A stretch of DNA of 64,000 nt. It comes from a virus (Duplodnaviria; Caudoviricetes). A program made the position numbers and the translations under genes. This document shows, piece by piece, positions 31,076-39,635 of this stretch (position 1 is the stretch's first letter; every line of letters begins with the position of its first letter). The notes beneath the pieces are model-generated. The model worked only from the letters and a program-made list of their open reading frames with translations. It did no database searches and was not told the DNA's origin. The stretch lies in the IMG/VR virus record IMGVR_UViG_2841255697_000002, positions 1 to 64,000 of that record; one strand, given 5' to 3'.

Positions 31076-32074
31076 ATGAATGATTTAACAGTTGACAACA
31101 GAAATGCGGTTAAGAATGGCAATTTTTGTTATTCTGAAGATTACACGAGAACACTATCGAGCAGTACACGGAAAATGTATACGATGGAGATTATGAAGTT
31201 CTTCGATGTAGAGAGATTTGAAGAAATAACGGTAGAGCAAATTCAGGCCGTTACACCTGAGTGTGCGAACAGATGGGTTGAAGAGCTGGCTGAAGACGGA
31301 ATAAAAAAATCAACAATCAACAAGAAGCTGGCCGCCATGCAAAATTTCTATAAATTCCTTTGCAGAAGAAGCGTCGGTCTTATGTCCTATAATCCATTTA
31401 GCACCGACGAGGGTTGCATAAGGTTCAAAAATACCGCTTCGCAAGCAAAAACAAGATTTCCTCTCGAAGTTGAGGATATTGAAAATATGATTGATGCGGT
31501 GCCTAAACAATGTAAGACCAAAGCCCAAGAATTAATCTATACAAGAGATAGGCTGATTCTTCAAGTTCTATTTCTTACAGGAATGCGGCGTGAAGAGCTG
31601 TGTAGACTAAAGGTTGGAGATGTACAAGGATACCAGAGCAAATATGTTGTTTATGTTATTGGCAAAGGAGAGAAGGGACGACACCTTGAAATTCCAAAGA
31701 AGACATTTGAAGGTATTAGTGAGTACCTTGAGATGCGTGGCCTTACCTTTCACAATTTTGATGAGCCATTATTCTCCAGCCATGCGAGGAATGTTTCGTC
31801 AGGAAAACTCTCAGGAGCAACAATTAACCAATTGGTTAAAAAATATGCAGAATTAGCTGGGATAGACCCTGACAGGGTTTCGCCGCATGTATTCAGACAT
31901 ACATTTTGTACAGAGAGTCTCAGAATCCCTGGCATCACCGAAACTGATGTCCAAGATTTAATGGGACATGCAGACATTAGAACATTACGAATTTATGACC
32001 ATATTGATCGAACCATTGAGCATTCCACAGCGGAAATTTTGGCTGAAAAAATTCATATAGGTAAGTCAAAATAA
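31076..32074 (+). CDS. XerC/D-like tyrosine recombinase/integrase
   Basis: TGMRREEL, GKG.K.R, SPHVFRH, MGH, RIY: full catalytic set. Confidence 0.92.
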   Translation: MNDLTVDNRNAVKNGNFCYSEDYTRTLSSSTRKMYTMEIMKFFDVERFEEITVEQIQAVTPECANRWVEELAEDGIKKSTINKKLAAMQNFYKFLCRRSVGLMSYNPFSTDEGCIRFKNTASQAKTRFPLEVEDIENMIDAVPKQCKTKAQELIYTRDRLILQVLFLTGMRREELCRLKVGDVQGYQSKYVVYVIGKGEKGRHLEIPKKTFEGISEYLEMRGLTFHNFDEPLFSSHARNVSSGKLSGATINQLVKKYAELAGIDPDRVSPHVFRHTFCTESLRIPGITETDVQDLMGHADIRTLRIYDHIDRTIEHSTAEILAEKIHIGKSK

Positions 32075-32396
32075 AAAATCGCATGAAATGACGCATATTC
32101 GAGTTTAATTCAGCAAACCCTAATAAGGTTACCTAAAAAATGATTTCTCGTCAATTAGATACCATTTTGCTCGAAAAACGACCATTTCGAATGTATGTTT
32201 GATGTGCGTTTTCAGGAGTTGCAAGAATTACATAGCAAAATAACGCTATTTATGGAGTGGAGAATAGAGCAGAGATCAATTGAGAATATCCAGACAAAAA
32301 TGACCAAATCAAGGAGATACTTTAGCACATTACATCATTATGGGTAAGCCTTATACCCCTTATTATTATATATTAATATATTAATTAATTATATAT

Positions 32397-32541
32397 ATAT
32401 TTATATATTCACTACGTTCATATATAAATATTTTAGTGGTGTTAAAAATTTAGGGTAATTCATGGAAATATAATTAAAAACAATAATCCTGTTATATGAG
32501 TCCTGGTATAAAGACATTATTCACTGCGTTCATAATGTCTT
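32397..32541. repeat. two hairpins with unrelated stems and the same 11-nt loop TCACTRCGTTC
   Basis: 12-bp stem 32397-32408/32420-32431 and 10-bp stem 32511-32520/32532-32541. Confidence 0.8.
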
Positions 32542-32636
32542 ACTCGCTTTGTTTTCCTGTCGGAAAAGGCAAAGCTCATAATATAGGCCGACAAGAGAAT
32601 AATTAGTGTCCAGATAATGATACGAACTCTTAACGT

Positions 32637-32663
32637 AAGATCACCTTCGTGTGGTCTTTTTTT
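32637..32663 (+). terminator. intrinsic terminator
   Basis: AAGATCAC-cttcgt-GTGGTCTT then T run. Confidence 0.65.
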
Positions 32664-33099
32664 ATTGCCTGGAATAGAATAATCAAATCAATGAACAGGA
32701 ACAACAGAAAAGGCCAACTGGAGAAATAACGTACAAGGATTGTTTGAATTAGTCAAAATATGAAAAGAGTAACGATTAAGTAGGTTTAAGCAAAAAATAC
32801 TATTATAAGATGAAGTTTTGAAAGAAGAGTATCAGATTAGGTTAAATCAGGTCTGGAATGAAAGATAATTTAGGAGAAAAGCAATACAATAAAAGTTAAC
32901 TAAGAGCAGAAATTAAGGGCCAAAAATTTTTTGACGAAAGCTTTGAAAGCCAGTAAAAATATAGGTTGTAGTGTAAGGTACCCCCGGCCTGGAAAAGAAA
33001 GAAAACAATGTTTCATTTTAGTAAACACCTCTGGTAAATCTATAGACAATATTTATACTTTACAGAAGTACTGTTCTATCAATGGTAAAATGAAATTTA

Positions 33100-33560
33100 A
33101 CGCATTTGATTATATTTATAAATAAAATTATGTTAAAAGAGAGATTAATTTATTTATTGAATACATATAATAATATTCAATATTATATGTATTAATGTAA
33201 TTACATAATGACAAATAAAGTTGTCAAAATCAATATATTACAAATGTAATATATAATTACATATGTCACATGCTATTACACATGTAATACTTGAATAATA
33301 TTTAATACATATATATTTAATGTGTCATAAAATCCTTAAGTATAACAAATGAGTATAAACGTTATTAATTAACTTGATATATATAATATATTACAATTAC
33401 TTATTGTTGGAATATGACTAATTGCTTTATTAAATTGCATTATTCACTATATTAATAGTAATTATGATATTCTTAATATATTTACATATAAGAATATACA
33501 ATAATACACATATCATAATACATTAAATATAATTAACAATCATATATACTTCACATAACT
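33100..33560. other. extremely AT-rich non-coding tract (candidate origin or genome-end region)
   Basis: No ORF; visibly almost only A/T with recurrent TTACA/TGTAA words. Confidence 0.45.
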
Positions 33561-33724
33561 AAAGCAACCTTTTCTGATCTAAAATTAAAAGCCTTATATC
33601 GCTTATTAAAGGCATATAAGGAAGGCTTTATAATAACCGAACATTAGCGAACGTTTTCTTAAATTGCTGAAAACCGCATAGATAGGGGATTTAAAAGATA
33701 AATAAAAAAATAGAAAATAACGTG

Positions 33725-33754
33725 TTGACATAATGGTTTTTTACGTGCTACAAT
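33725..33754 (+). promoter_or_regulatory. early promoter
   Basis: TTGACA-18 nt-TACAAT with TG extension and upstream A-tracts. Confidence 0.7.
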
Positions 33755-33759
33755 ATAGA

Positions 33760-34295
33760 CACCGAAAGGGACAAGCCCTTGAGAGTGGACAAGCGGGTCC
33801 GATGTACAAAAGCCAACGCCAAAAAAAGGCGGTGAAAATTTCTTGACAAAACAAGTAAAAATTATCGGTTAAAGTTTTCCACATTTCTTAGAAAAAATGT
33901 GAGATAGGAAAACCTATTGTGTAATACAGGTTTTAAAAGTGAAGCCCTGTATTAACCCCAAAGCAGTAAACAGCTTTAACTTTGTATTATGGATAACCAG
34001 TACAAAGGCTTAAATAGGACACCTTGAAAAAGGCGGTATTTGACAAATGAATATCTGTATATTGGACGGATTGACAACCCGGAAAATATGACAGACAGGG
34101 TATTAAGCTAGTATCCTGAATAAAGCACAAAAGTGCAAAGGCCGTTTATACCAACGTAAAAAGGTACACAAAACAAAAGTTAATCCCATTGTGTAGAGGA
34201 TTTAAAGAATAGTACACAATGTTTTACCAGTTTTCAAGGCTGGATTCCAAAAACTGGACACCAAAGGGCATTTTTAAAAGTGTTTTTTGGTGTAG
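33760..34295 (+). ncRNA. candidate large structured RNA or leader
   Basis: No credible ORF; more than a dozen consecutive hairpins, several with G-U pairs that form only on the plus strand. Confidence 0.55.
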
Positions 34296-34450
34296 GGAAA
34301 TAACATATTTTTTTACAAAGTTTAAAAGTAACGTGTTGACATTAGAGTTTTTGTCTTTTGGAAAGCAGACAATAAAGAACTTTATCCGGGTGCAAGGTCT
34401 AGTATTCAAAAATCCCCCTGATACTCAAACTATCGAGAGGGGGTGAGAAA

Positions 34451-34567
34451 ATGCTGGATAAGGTTTTAAACTTGTTGGATAGACTTTTAAAGTTTTTGAC
34501 AACAAAAAAACGACCTATGATCGCTATTCACATTAGCATTAAGGTCGTTATAATCCGCAAGCGATAA
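34451..34567 (+). CDS. candidate type I toxin peptide (38 aa)
   Basis: MLDKVLNLLDRLLKFLTTKKRPMIAIHISIKVVIIRKR; GAGGGGG RBS paired with upstream CCCCCT; antisense promoter downstream. Confidence 0.55.
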   Translation: MLDKVLNLLDRLLKFLTTKKRPMIAIHISIKVVIIRKR

Positions 34568-34582
34568 GCTAAAATCCTTGCA
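34503..34582 (-). ncRNA. candidate antisense antitoxin RNA
   Basis: Minus-strand TTGCAT-16-TATAAT (34615-34588); AACGACC/GGTCGTT hairpin plus T run ending near 34504. Confidence 0.5.
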
Positions 34583-34638
34583 CCTTTATTATACCACGTT
34601 TGATAAAAAATGCAATATAGAAAGTTGAGGACAACAAA

Positions 34639-34857
34639 ATGAAATGGGAGCTAATACATGAATGGAGTCCCGATGATGTAGACCCGACATGCTGGGCTAT
34701 AGAAATTAACAGTGCAGAATACGGGGATTATATTTGGATAACAGAAATGCCAAAAGGCTATGTGGTTGAATACCGTGAAGGAGATTCTTGTATAGAAATT
34801 ATTGCTTTTAAGACGCTTCCAGATGCTCAAGAATGGGTTGGGCATTGGCTGTTTTAA
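34639..34857 (+). CDS. small acidic hypothetical protein
   Basis: GAGGA RBS, 72 aa, Trp-rich. Confidence 0.6.
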   Translation: MKWELIHEWSPDDVDPTCWAIEINSAEYGDYIWITEMPKGYVVEYREGDSCIEIIAFKTLPDAQEWVGHWLF

Positions 34858-34875
34858 AACAAGGGAGAAACCACA

Positions 34876-35055
34876 ATGAAAAAAGAACGATTAACGAAAA
34901 TCGAAAAAGAGCAAATTAAAGAATATGCAATTGCACATTCAAACGCGGCATGTGAGTACGCAATTCATGAGAGTTTAGAGCGTGACGAATGTTTTTATTG
35001 GCTGGAATATGTTAGAGCTAATGAAAAGCTATTTAGATATATTGATTCATTATAA
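34876..35055 (+). CDS. hypothetical protein (59 aa, below ORF-track cutoff)
   Basis: AAGGGAG RBS; MKKERLTKIEKEQIKEYAIAH... Confidence 0.55.
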   Translation: MKKERLTKIEKEQIKEYAIAHSNAACEYAIHESLERDECFYWLEYVRANEKLFRYIDSL

Positions 35056-35071
35056 AAGGAGAGTAACAAAA

Positions 35072-35359
35072 ATGGATGAAAACAGGATGCAGTTTATTTT
35101 AAACAAGCTAGAAGAATTTGAATTTACTCTTGATCTGTTGGAGGCGGATATAAAAAGTGTAGGCAAGGTAACACTTGCTGGTTCCCTTATAGAGGCAAGC
35201 AGCATAAACGGGTATGCACTTGCCCTTACAGCGGAAACATACTTATACATAAAACAAAGGGTTCCGTTTTTAGAAGACATTAATGGTCGTATTACAGAAG
35301 TTGAAATACGTTCTAGACGCTTATGCGGGGCTTTGGCATCGGGGTTAATAGCATGTTAA
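35072..35359 (+). CDS. hypothetical protein
   Basis: Start moved to ATG 35072 behind AAAGGAG. Confidence 0.55.
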   Translation: MDENRMQFILNKLEEFEFTLDLLEADIKSVGKVTLAGSLIEASSINGYALALTAETYLYIKQRVPFLEDINGRITEVEIRSRRLCGALASGLIAC

Positions 35360-35561
35360 CGTTTGCACAAGGTTTTATTTCTGGTATAGCGGCATTGTAT
35401 GCGGTATGGCTATTTAAAGAAGCCTACAAATAAAAAGAAGCCTCTAACGATTGCGGCGGTAGAGGCTGAGTGTAACGGCACGGCCAAAACAAGAAAAAAG
35501 GCCATATGTTACAAGAAAATAATAACATATGGCCTCTAAAAAGGAAAGAGGTTAATAAAAA

Positions 35562-36077
35562 ATGAAGAGAGAAAAAATAAGAGAACAAGAAAACTGGATT
35601 TTAGAGCGTGAAGAAAAATATCGGTATATGCTGTTATCTCGTATGCAAATGGATTGCGAATATTTTCTAGGGTATGGGAATAGATATGAAGGCCACTTAT
35701 GGGCCTTAAAAGTAGAGGATCAGATTCATTACATGCGATTTATATTAAATTCATTCAGTGATGATGAAAAACCGGACTGGATAACAGCGGAACAGATAGA
35801 TCAATTTGAGAAAGAGATGTTAGCAGGTGAGAGAATACGGGACACCTTTTACCATAATCGAGGCGATGAGGCTTGCTATAAGGACTGTTTCGGCTATTTG
35901 GGTTATATGACCGCAGATAGCGTTAAAAAAATAAAAGAGAAAAAAGAGGCTTATGAAAAAGAGCTAGGCACTGAATATGACCTGTATAACAGCGATAACC
36001 AGTATAAAGAAGGCTATATTGAATCGGCCGAAAGGTTGATCACGTATTATAAAGAATGCACTTCAGAGGAGGCGTAA
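35562..36077 (+). CDS. LPD11 (large polyvalent protein-associated) domain protein
   Basis: Y.YMLLSRM..DC.Y.LG.G......LWA......I..M......F....KP.W.T...I..F...M. Confidence 0.75.
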   Translation: MKREKIREQENWILEREEKYRYMLLSRMQMDCEYFLGYGNRYEGHLWALKVEDQIHYMRFILNSFSDDEKPDWITAEQIDQFEKEMLAGERIRDTFYHNRGDEACYKDCFGYLGYMTADSVKKIKEKKEAYEKELGTEYDLYNSDNQYKEGYIESAERLITYYKECTSEEA

Positions 36078-36079
36078 AA

Positions 36080-36481
36080 ATGAAGTCATATTTACAACAT
36101 GCTGGATACCTTGAAATCAAGAATTTTATCGGTAAACAACACGATTGGCGGGGTTATATCTGGTATCCAGAAATTGTGACAAAAACAGATGATTCATTGG
36201 TAATCTGTTTGAATACCGATGAATATTCCCATAATTTTGAAGATTCATTATATGTACTCTATGAAGCCTTAATGGAAAAAGATGTTTATCTTGAGTCTGA
36301 ATCCGGTAGAGATTGGCTAATTGACTACAATAGAGGTCAACTTGTTTATGGGTTTATAACCTATTGTGATCCTATGAGGGAATTATGGGAAATGCTAATA
36401 GACGAAGGTGGATTTATATCATTTGAATATTGGACTAAAGAAGAAAGTGAAGAAATTATTGATGGTTTGAAATATGAATAA
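36080..36481 (+). CDS. acidic hypothetical protein
   Basis: ATG 36080 behind GAGGAGG. Confidence 0.6.
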   Translation: MKSYLQHAGYLEIKNFIGKQHDWRGYIWYPEIVTKTDDSLVICLNTDEYSHNFEDSLYVLYEALMEKDVYLESESGRDWLIDYNRGQLVYGFITYCDPMRELWEMLIDEGGFISFEYWTKEESEEIIDGLKYE

Positions 36482-36649
36482 GTGTCAATTTTCCGGTATT
36501 CCAAAGAGTGCCGGAACATGGGCATTTACCCCAAAAGCGACTAAGAAAGAAGGAAGTGTGATGGATTTTATAACTGGATTCATGTTTTGTCTTGGTGTTG
36601 AATATTTAGTTTGGATTGTTAGAGAAATTAATAAATGTGAGGTGGAGAA

Positions 36650-37177
36650 ATGATTGAATTAAGAGGATATTTAACGAATCTCGAAAAATATAACGAGGGT
36701 GAATTGATAGGAGAATGGGTAACATTCCCAATTGACGAGGACGAACAAGACGAGATTTTTAAGAGAATAGGCATAAAGAATGAATATGGAGAATATTTCC
36801 TTGAATATTTCTTTACTGATTATGAATGTGATGTTCCCAGTGTATGTGATGATCTGGCGGAGTATTCCAGTATTGATAATTTTAATGACTTAGCTGAAGC
36901 TTTAGAAAGTGTTGATGATGAGGACTTGTTAGCGGCTGCTATAGAACTCGGCGGGTATGATGTCATGGATATTATAGAAAACATCGACGATTACTCGTTA
37001 CGTACAGATATAAATAACGATTATGACTTAGGTTATGAGTATATAGTTGAAGGCTGTGCTTTGGATACTCCAGATTATCTTGAAAATTACATTGATTATG
37101 AGGCGTTTGGGCGTGACTTAAGAATGGACTTATACGGTGCTTTTACGGACTGGGGATGGGTGGAAAGAGTAGGATAA
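36650..37177 (+). CDS. ardA: antirestriction protein ArdA
   Basis: YLTNL.KYNEG.L.GEWV.FP, EYF.TDYE, YIDYEAFGRDL; very acidic. Confidence 0.92.
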   Translation: MIELRGYLTNLEKYNEGELIGEWVTFPIDEDEQDEIFKRIGIKNEYGEYFLEYFFTDYECDVPSVCDDLAEYSSIDNFNDLAEALESVDDEDLLAAAIELGGYDVMDIIENIDDYSLRTDINNDYDLGYEYIVEGCALDTPDYLENYIDYEAFGRDLRMDLYGAFTDWGWVERVG

Positions 37178-37189
37178 GGAGATCAAGTC

Positions 37190-37471
37190 ATGATAACAAT
37201 AGAAGTATCAAAATATAACGTGGATGTATATGATACCGATTTTGAGCGGAATGGATACAAATACTATGCAATAAGAATAACTGAGTTTAACGGGAATGAC
37301 AAAGAAATAGGCAATAACCTAGTCTATGTGATAGATTTTCCCAATAATGACACCATTGAAAAAATCAAACGTTACTGCGTTGATATTGATAATATTGATT
37401 ATTTAATGTTACTGCCTAAAAATACAACAATAAAGTTAGTAGATCGAATATACGCAAAAATTGTTTATTAA
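37190..37471 (+). CDS. hypothetical protein
   Basis: AAGGAG RBS. Confidence 0.55.
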   Translation: MITIEVSKYNVDVYDTDFERNGYKYYAIRITEFNGNDKEIGNNLVYVIDFPNNDTIEKIKRYCVDIDNIDYLMLLPKNTTIKLVDRIYAKIVY

Positions 37472-37546
37472 TGCGTTTTAGATGAGGGCTTTGCGGAGCC
37501 TTCTCTAAAGGGTATTGTCCTAAATTAAGGAAAGAAGGGGAAGGTA

Positions 37547-38101
37547 ATGAAATTTCAAACGAATACTGACATATTGAAGTTACTAGATGCTGGATTGTAT
37601 GAAAGTTATTTAGGTAGAATCGTATATGGTGAAGATAAACTTGAAAAGGTTGAGCAAAATCTAAAGGTAGTCGAAAATGAAGCATTAAGACTTTTAAATG
37701 AGTTATTTCTAGAATTACCGTTTAAAGCCGTTTTAAGTAATCCACAATATTGGCATCCTAAATTCTACAACTATGAAACTGACTGTATTTTGTTCGATAT
37801 AGAAGTGGACGAAAATTTCCTCGACAAGTATGTGAGCGAAAGACTGGATTATCGGTTTTATAACTTTATTTTTCAACATTACTGTTCATATGATGGATTT
37901 CTTAGTTTTTATCCATATACCAAAGAAGAATTCCATAATGTTTTTAAAAGCGAACATAAGTATAAATGCGTCAATCAAGTTATTACTTACTACATTGCCT
38001 GTGAAGTTTGGGAGAGTAAAGATATTACGGCAGCGTATCAGTTTGACAATCTGCAATGGGATTTCATAGAAAATGTGTATGAAAAAATAGAATTCATTTA
38101 G
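37547..38101 (+). CDS. hypothetical protein, acidic and aromatic
   Basis: W.PK.YNY.TD and SYDGF.SF motifs recalled from early phage proteins. Confidence 0.6.
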   Translation: MKFQTNTDILKLLDAGLYESYLGRIVYGEDKLEKVEQNLKVVENEALRLLNELFLELPFKAVLSNPQYWHPKFYNYETDCILFDIEVDENFLDKYVSERLDYRFYNFIFQHYCSYDGFLSFYPYTKEEFHNVFKSEHKYKCVNQVITYYIACEVWESKDITAAYQFDNLQWDFIENVYEKIEFI

Positions 38102-38112
38102 GAGGTCAAATC

Positions 38113-38355
38113 ATGAAAGAAGCAGTAGAAAGAACAATTAAAGTGCCTGTTTTATGGATGATGTATGGAGAAATAGAGCTGGACATTCAAGTTGATGAAA
38201 ATGCAGATGAAGAGGAGATTTTAGACAAAGTTTTCAATGAGTTTTATGATCATTATAAGGATATTCCTTTGCCTGAAGGTTATTATTTAGAGGATTCTTT
38301 CGAACTAAACATAGATGAAGAGAATGCTGACTTTTTAGAATTTTATAACAAATAA
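38113..38355 (+). CDS. very acidic small protein
   Basis: AGGAGGT RBS; IPLPEG.YLEDSFE. Confidence 0.65.
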   Translation: MKEAVERTIKVPVLWMMYGEIELDIQVDENADEEEILDKVFNEFYDHYKDIPLPEGYYLEDSFELNIDEENADFLEFYNK

Positions 38356-38488
38356 AATAGCCGCCAATAAGGAGCACCGGCGGCCAACAAATCACTGAAC
38401 GAACAATACAAAAGCGACTAAGTAAGGAGTCAGTGACCTGTAAACCTATTATAACAGGCCGCTTTGATAAAAACAAGGAGAGAAAAAA

Positions 38489-39199
38489 ATGGAATGTGCA
38501 TTAATTGAAAGATATATTGAAGATGGATATAACCCCTGTGGACTTGACGGTGAGCCTGTGCCAATGATTTTCAACAAATTGGCCTATCCTGGAGAAATTC
38601 AGGAGGTTGTTACAGATGAGGTTGTGATTTTTGATAAACAAGACTACCTGGAAGTCCAGAAACGGTGTGAAACGGAAGATGTTTTAGATTTAATGAAAGA
38701 ATTCGGGGAGTTATTTTATGAGTACGACGATTTGTTTTTAGACAATGTAAATCAAGATGATGTGATTTTTTACATAGGAGAATGGGCTGATCCAATATCT
38801 GATATTGTCACGAATGACTTCATAGCAAAAGAAGATTTGAATACACATGATTACCTTAGATATTGGAGTGATGGTCATTGGGAAACACAATGGATTGAGG
38901 GCAGGACCGATCTTGAAGTTGAAACAGATTATTTTAATCTGGATCGCTGGAACGGCAGTAATAAGGAGTTTCATAGTGTTGGACATCATGCGCGAGTATA
39001 TCGGATTCAAACAATTGACGGTGAACCTGTTAAAAATAAGTACCTCGTAGAACTTTGGAGCCAATGGCAAGGGGAAGAACTGAGCGATGGCTGTATTATG
39101 AATGAAGAAGAACTGCACCAATACTTTACAATAAATTTTAGAGACTATGAGCAAGAATGGCAGGAATTTTTAGAATTTGATTGCCAGGGGGAAGTTTGA
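38489..39199 (+). CDS. acidic hypothetical protein
   Basis: AAGGAG RBS; WSQWQG motif. Confidence 0.65.
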   Translation: MECALIERYIEDGYNPCGLDGEPVPMIFNKLAYPGEIQEVVTDEVVIFDKQDYLEVQKRCETEDVLDLMKEFGELFYEYDDLFLDNVNQDDVIFYIGEWADPISDIVTNDFIAKEDLNTHDYLRYWSDGHWETQWIEGRTDLEVETDYFNLDRWNGSNKEFHSVGHHARVYRIQTIDGEPVKNKYLVELWSQWQGEELSDGCIMNEEELHQYFTINFRDYEQEWQEFLEFDCQGEV

Positions 39200-39256
39200 T
39201 GTTGGTTGCAATTGTAATAGTGATTATTTGCTTAATACTGTTGGGAGGATAAATAA

Positions 39257-39427
39257 ATGATTAAATGTAAGGATACGGCTTGTGCCTTTAATACATCTGG
39301 TGGAACCATGTGTTGTATTGAATGTGATCTTAGAGAGAATTGTACAAGTTTTTGTGGGGTTGCTGAAGAAGATGAATGGCAAAATTGTGAGTATGCAATA
39401 GATATTGATAAAATTCAGTATGATTAA
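39257..39427 (+). CDS. small Cys-rich protein (56 aa)
   Basis: GGGAGG RBS; MIKCKDTACAF...CCIECD....C...C........C. Confidence 0.55.
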   Translation: MIKCKDTACAFNTSGGTMCCIECDLRENCTSFCGVAEEDEWQNCEYAIDIDKIQYD

Positions 39428-39544
39428 ATAATAGCTGCCCTATCGGCTATACGGGGATGCCTAACAATATGACCAAATTGTAGAGTTCAAATTAGGAGGT
39501 GGTTAAATTGGTCTAATAGGCAATTCCATATTGTTTACCTCTTA

Positions 39545-39563
39545 GCCGGGGAAACCCGGTTTT
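39545..39563 (+). terminator. GAAA-tetraloop hairpin with short U tail
   Basis: GCCGGG-GAAA-CCCGGT-TTT just before the tRNA-like cluster. Confidence 0.5.
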
Positions 39564-39565
39564 AA

Positions 39566-39635
39566 CATCGGTTAGCTCAAGGCCGGTAGAGCAGACTGTA
39601 AAGTCAAGATAATGGTTCAAATCCATTACCGATGA
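39566..39635 (+). tRNA. tRNA-like RNA with truncated anticodon arm (Tyr-like GUA)
   Basis: Acceptor CATCGGT/ACCGATG, D GCTC/GAGC, T AATGG-TTCAAAT-CCATT; anticodon arm only 12 nt (GACT-GTAA-AGTC); no encoded CCA. Confidence 0.8.

Noticed and set aside
34219-34446. 75-aa plus-strand and 61-aa minus-strand ORFs in the early leader
   Set aside because: No RBS, they run through strong hairpins, and the composition is not protein-like
32075-34450. CRISPR array or mini-array in the long non-coding region
   Set aside because: Only two 11-nt loop copies and short words repeat; no regular repeat-spacer period
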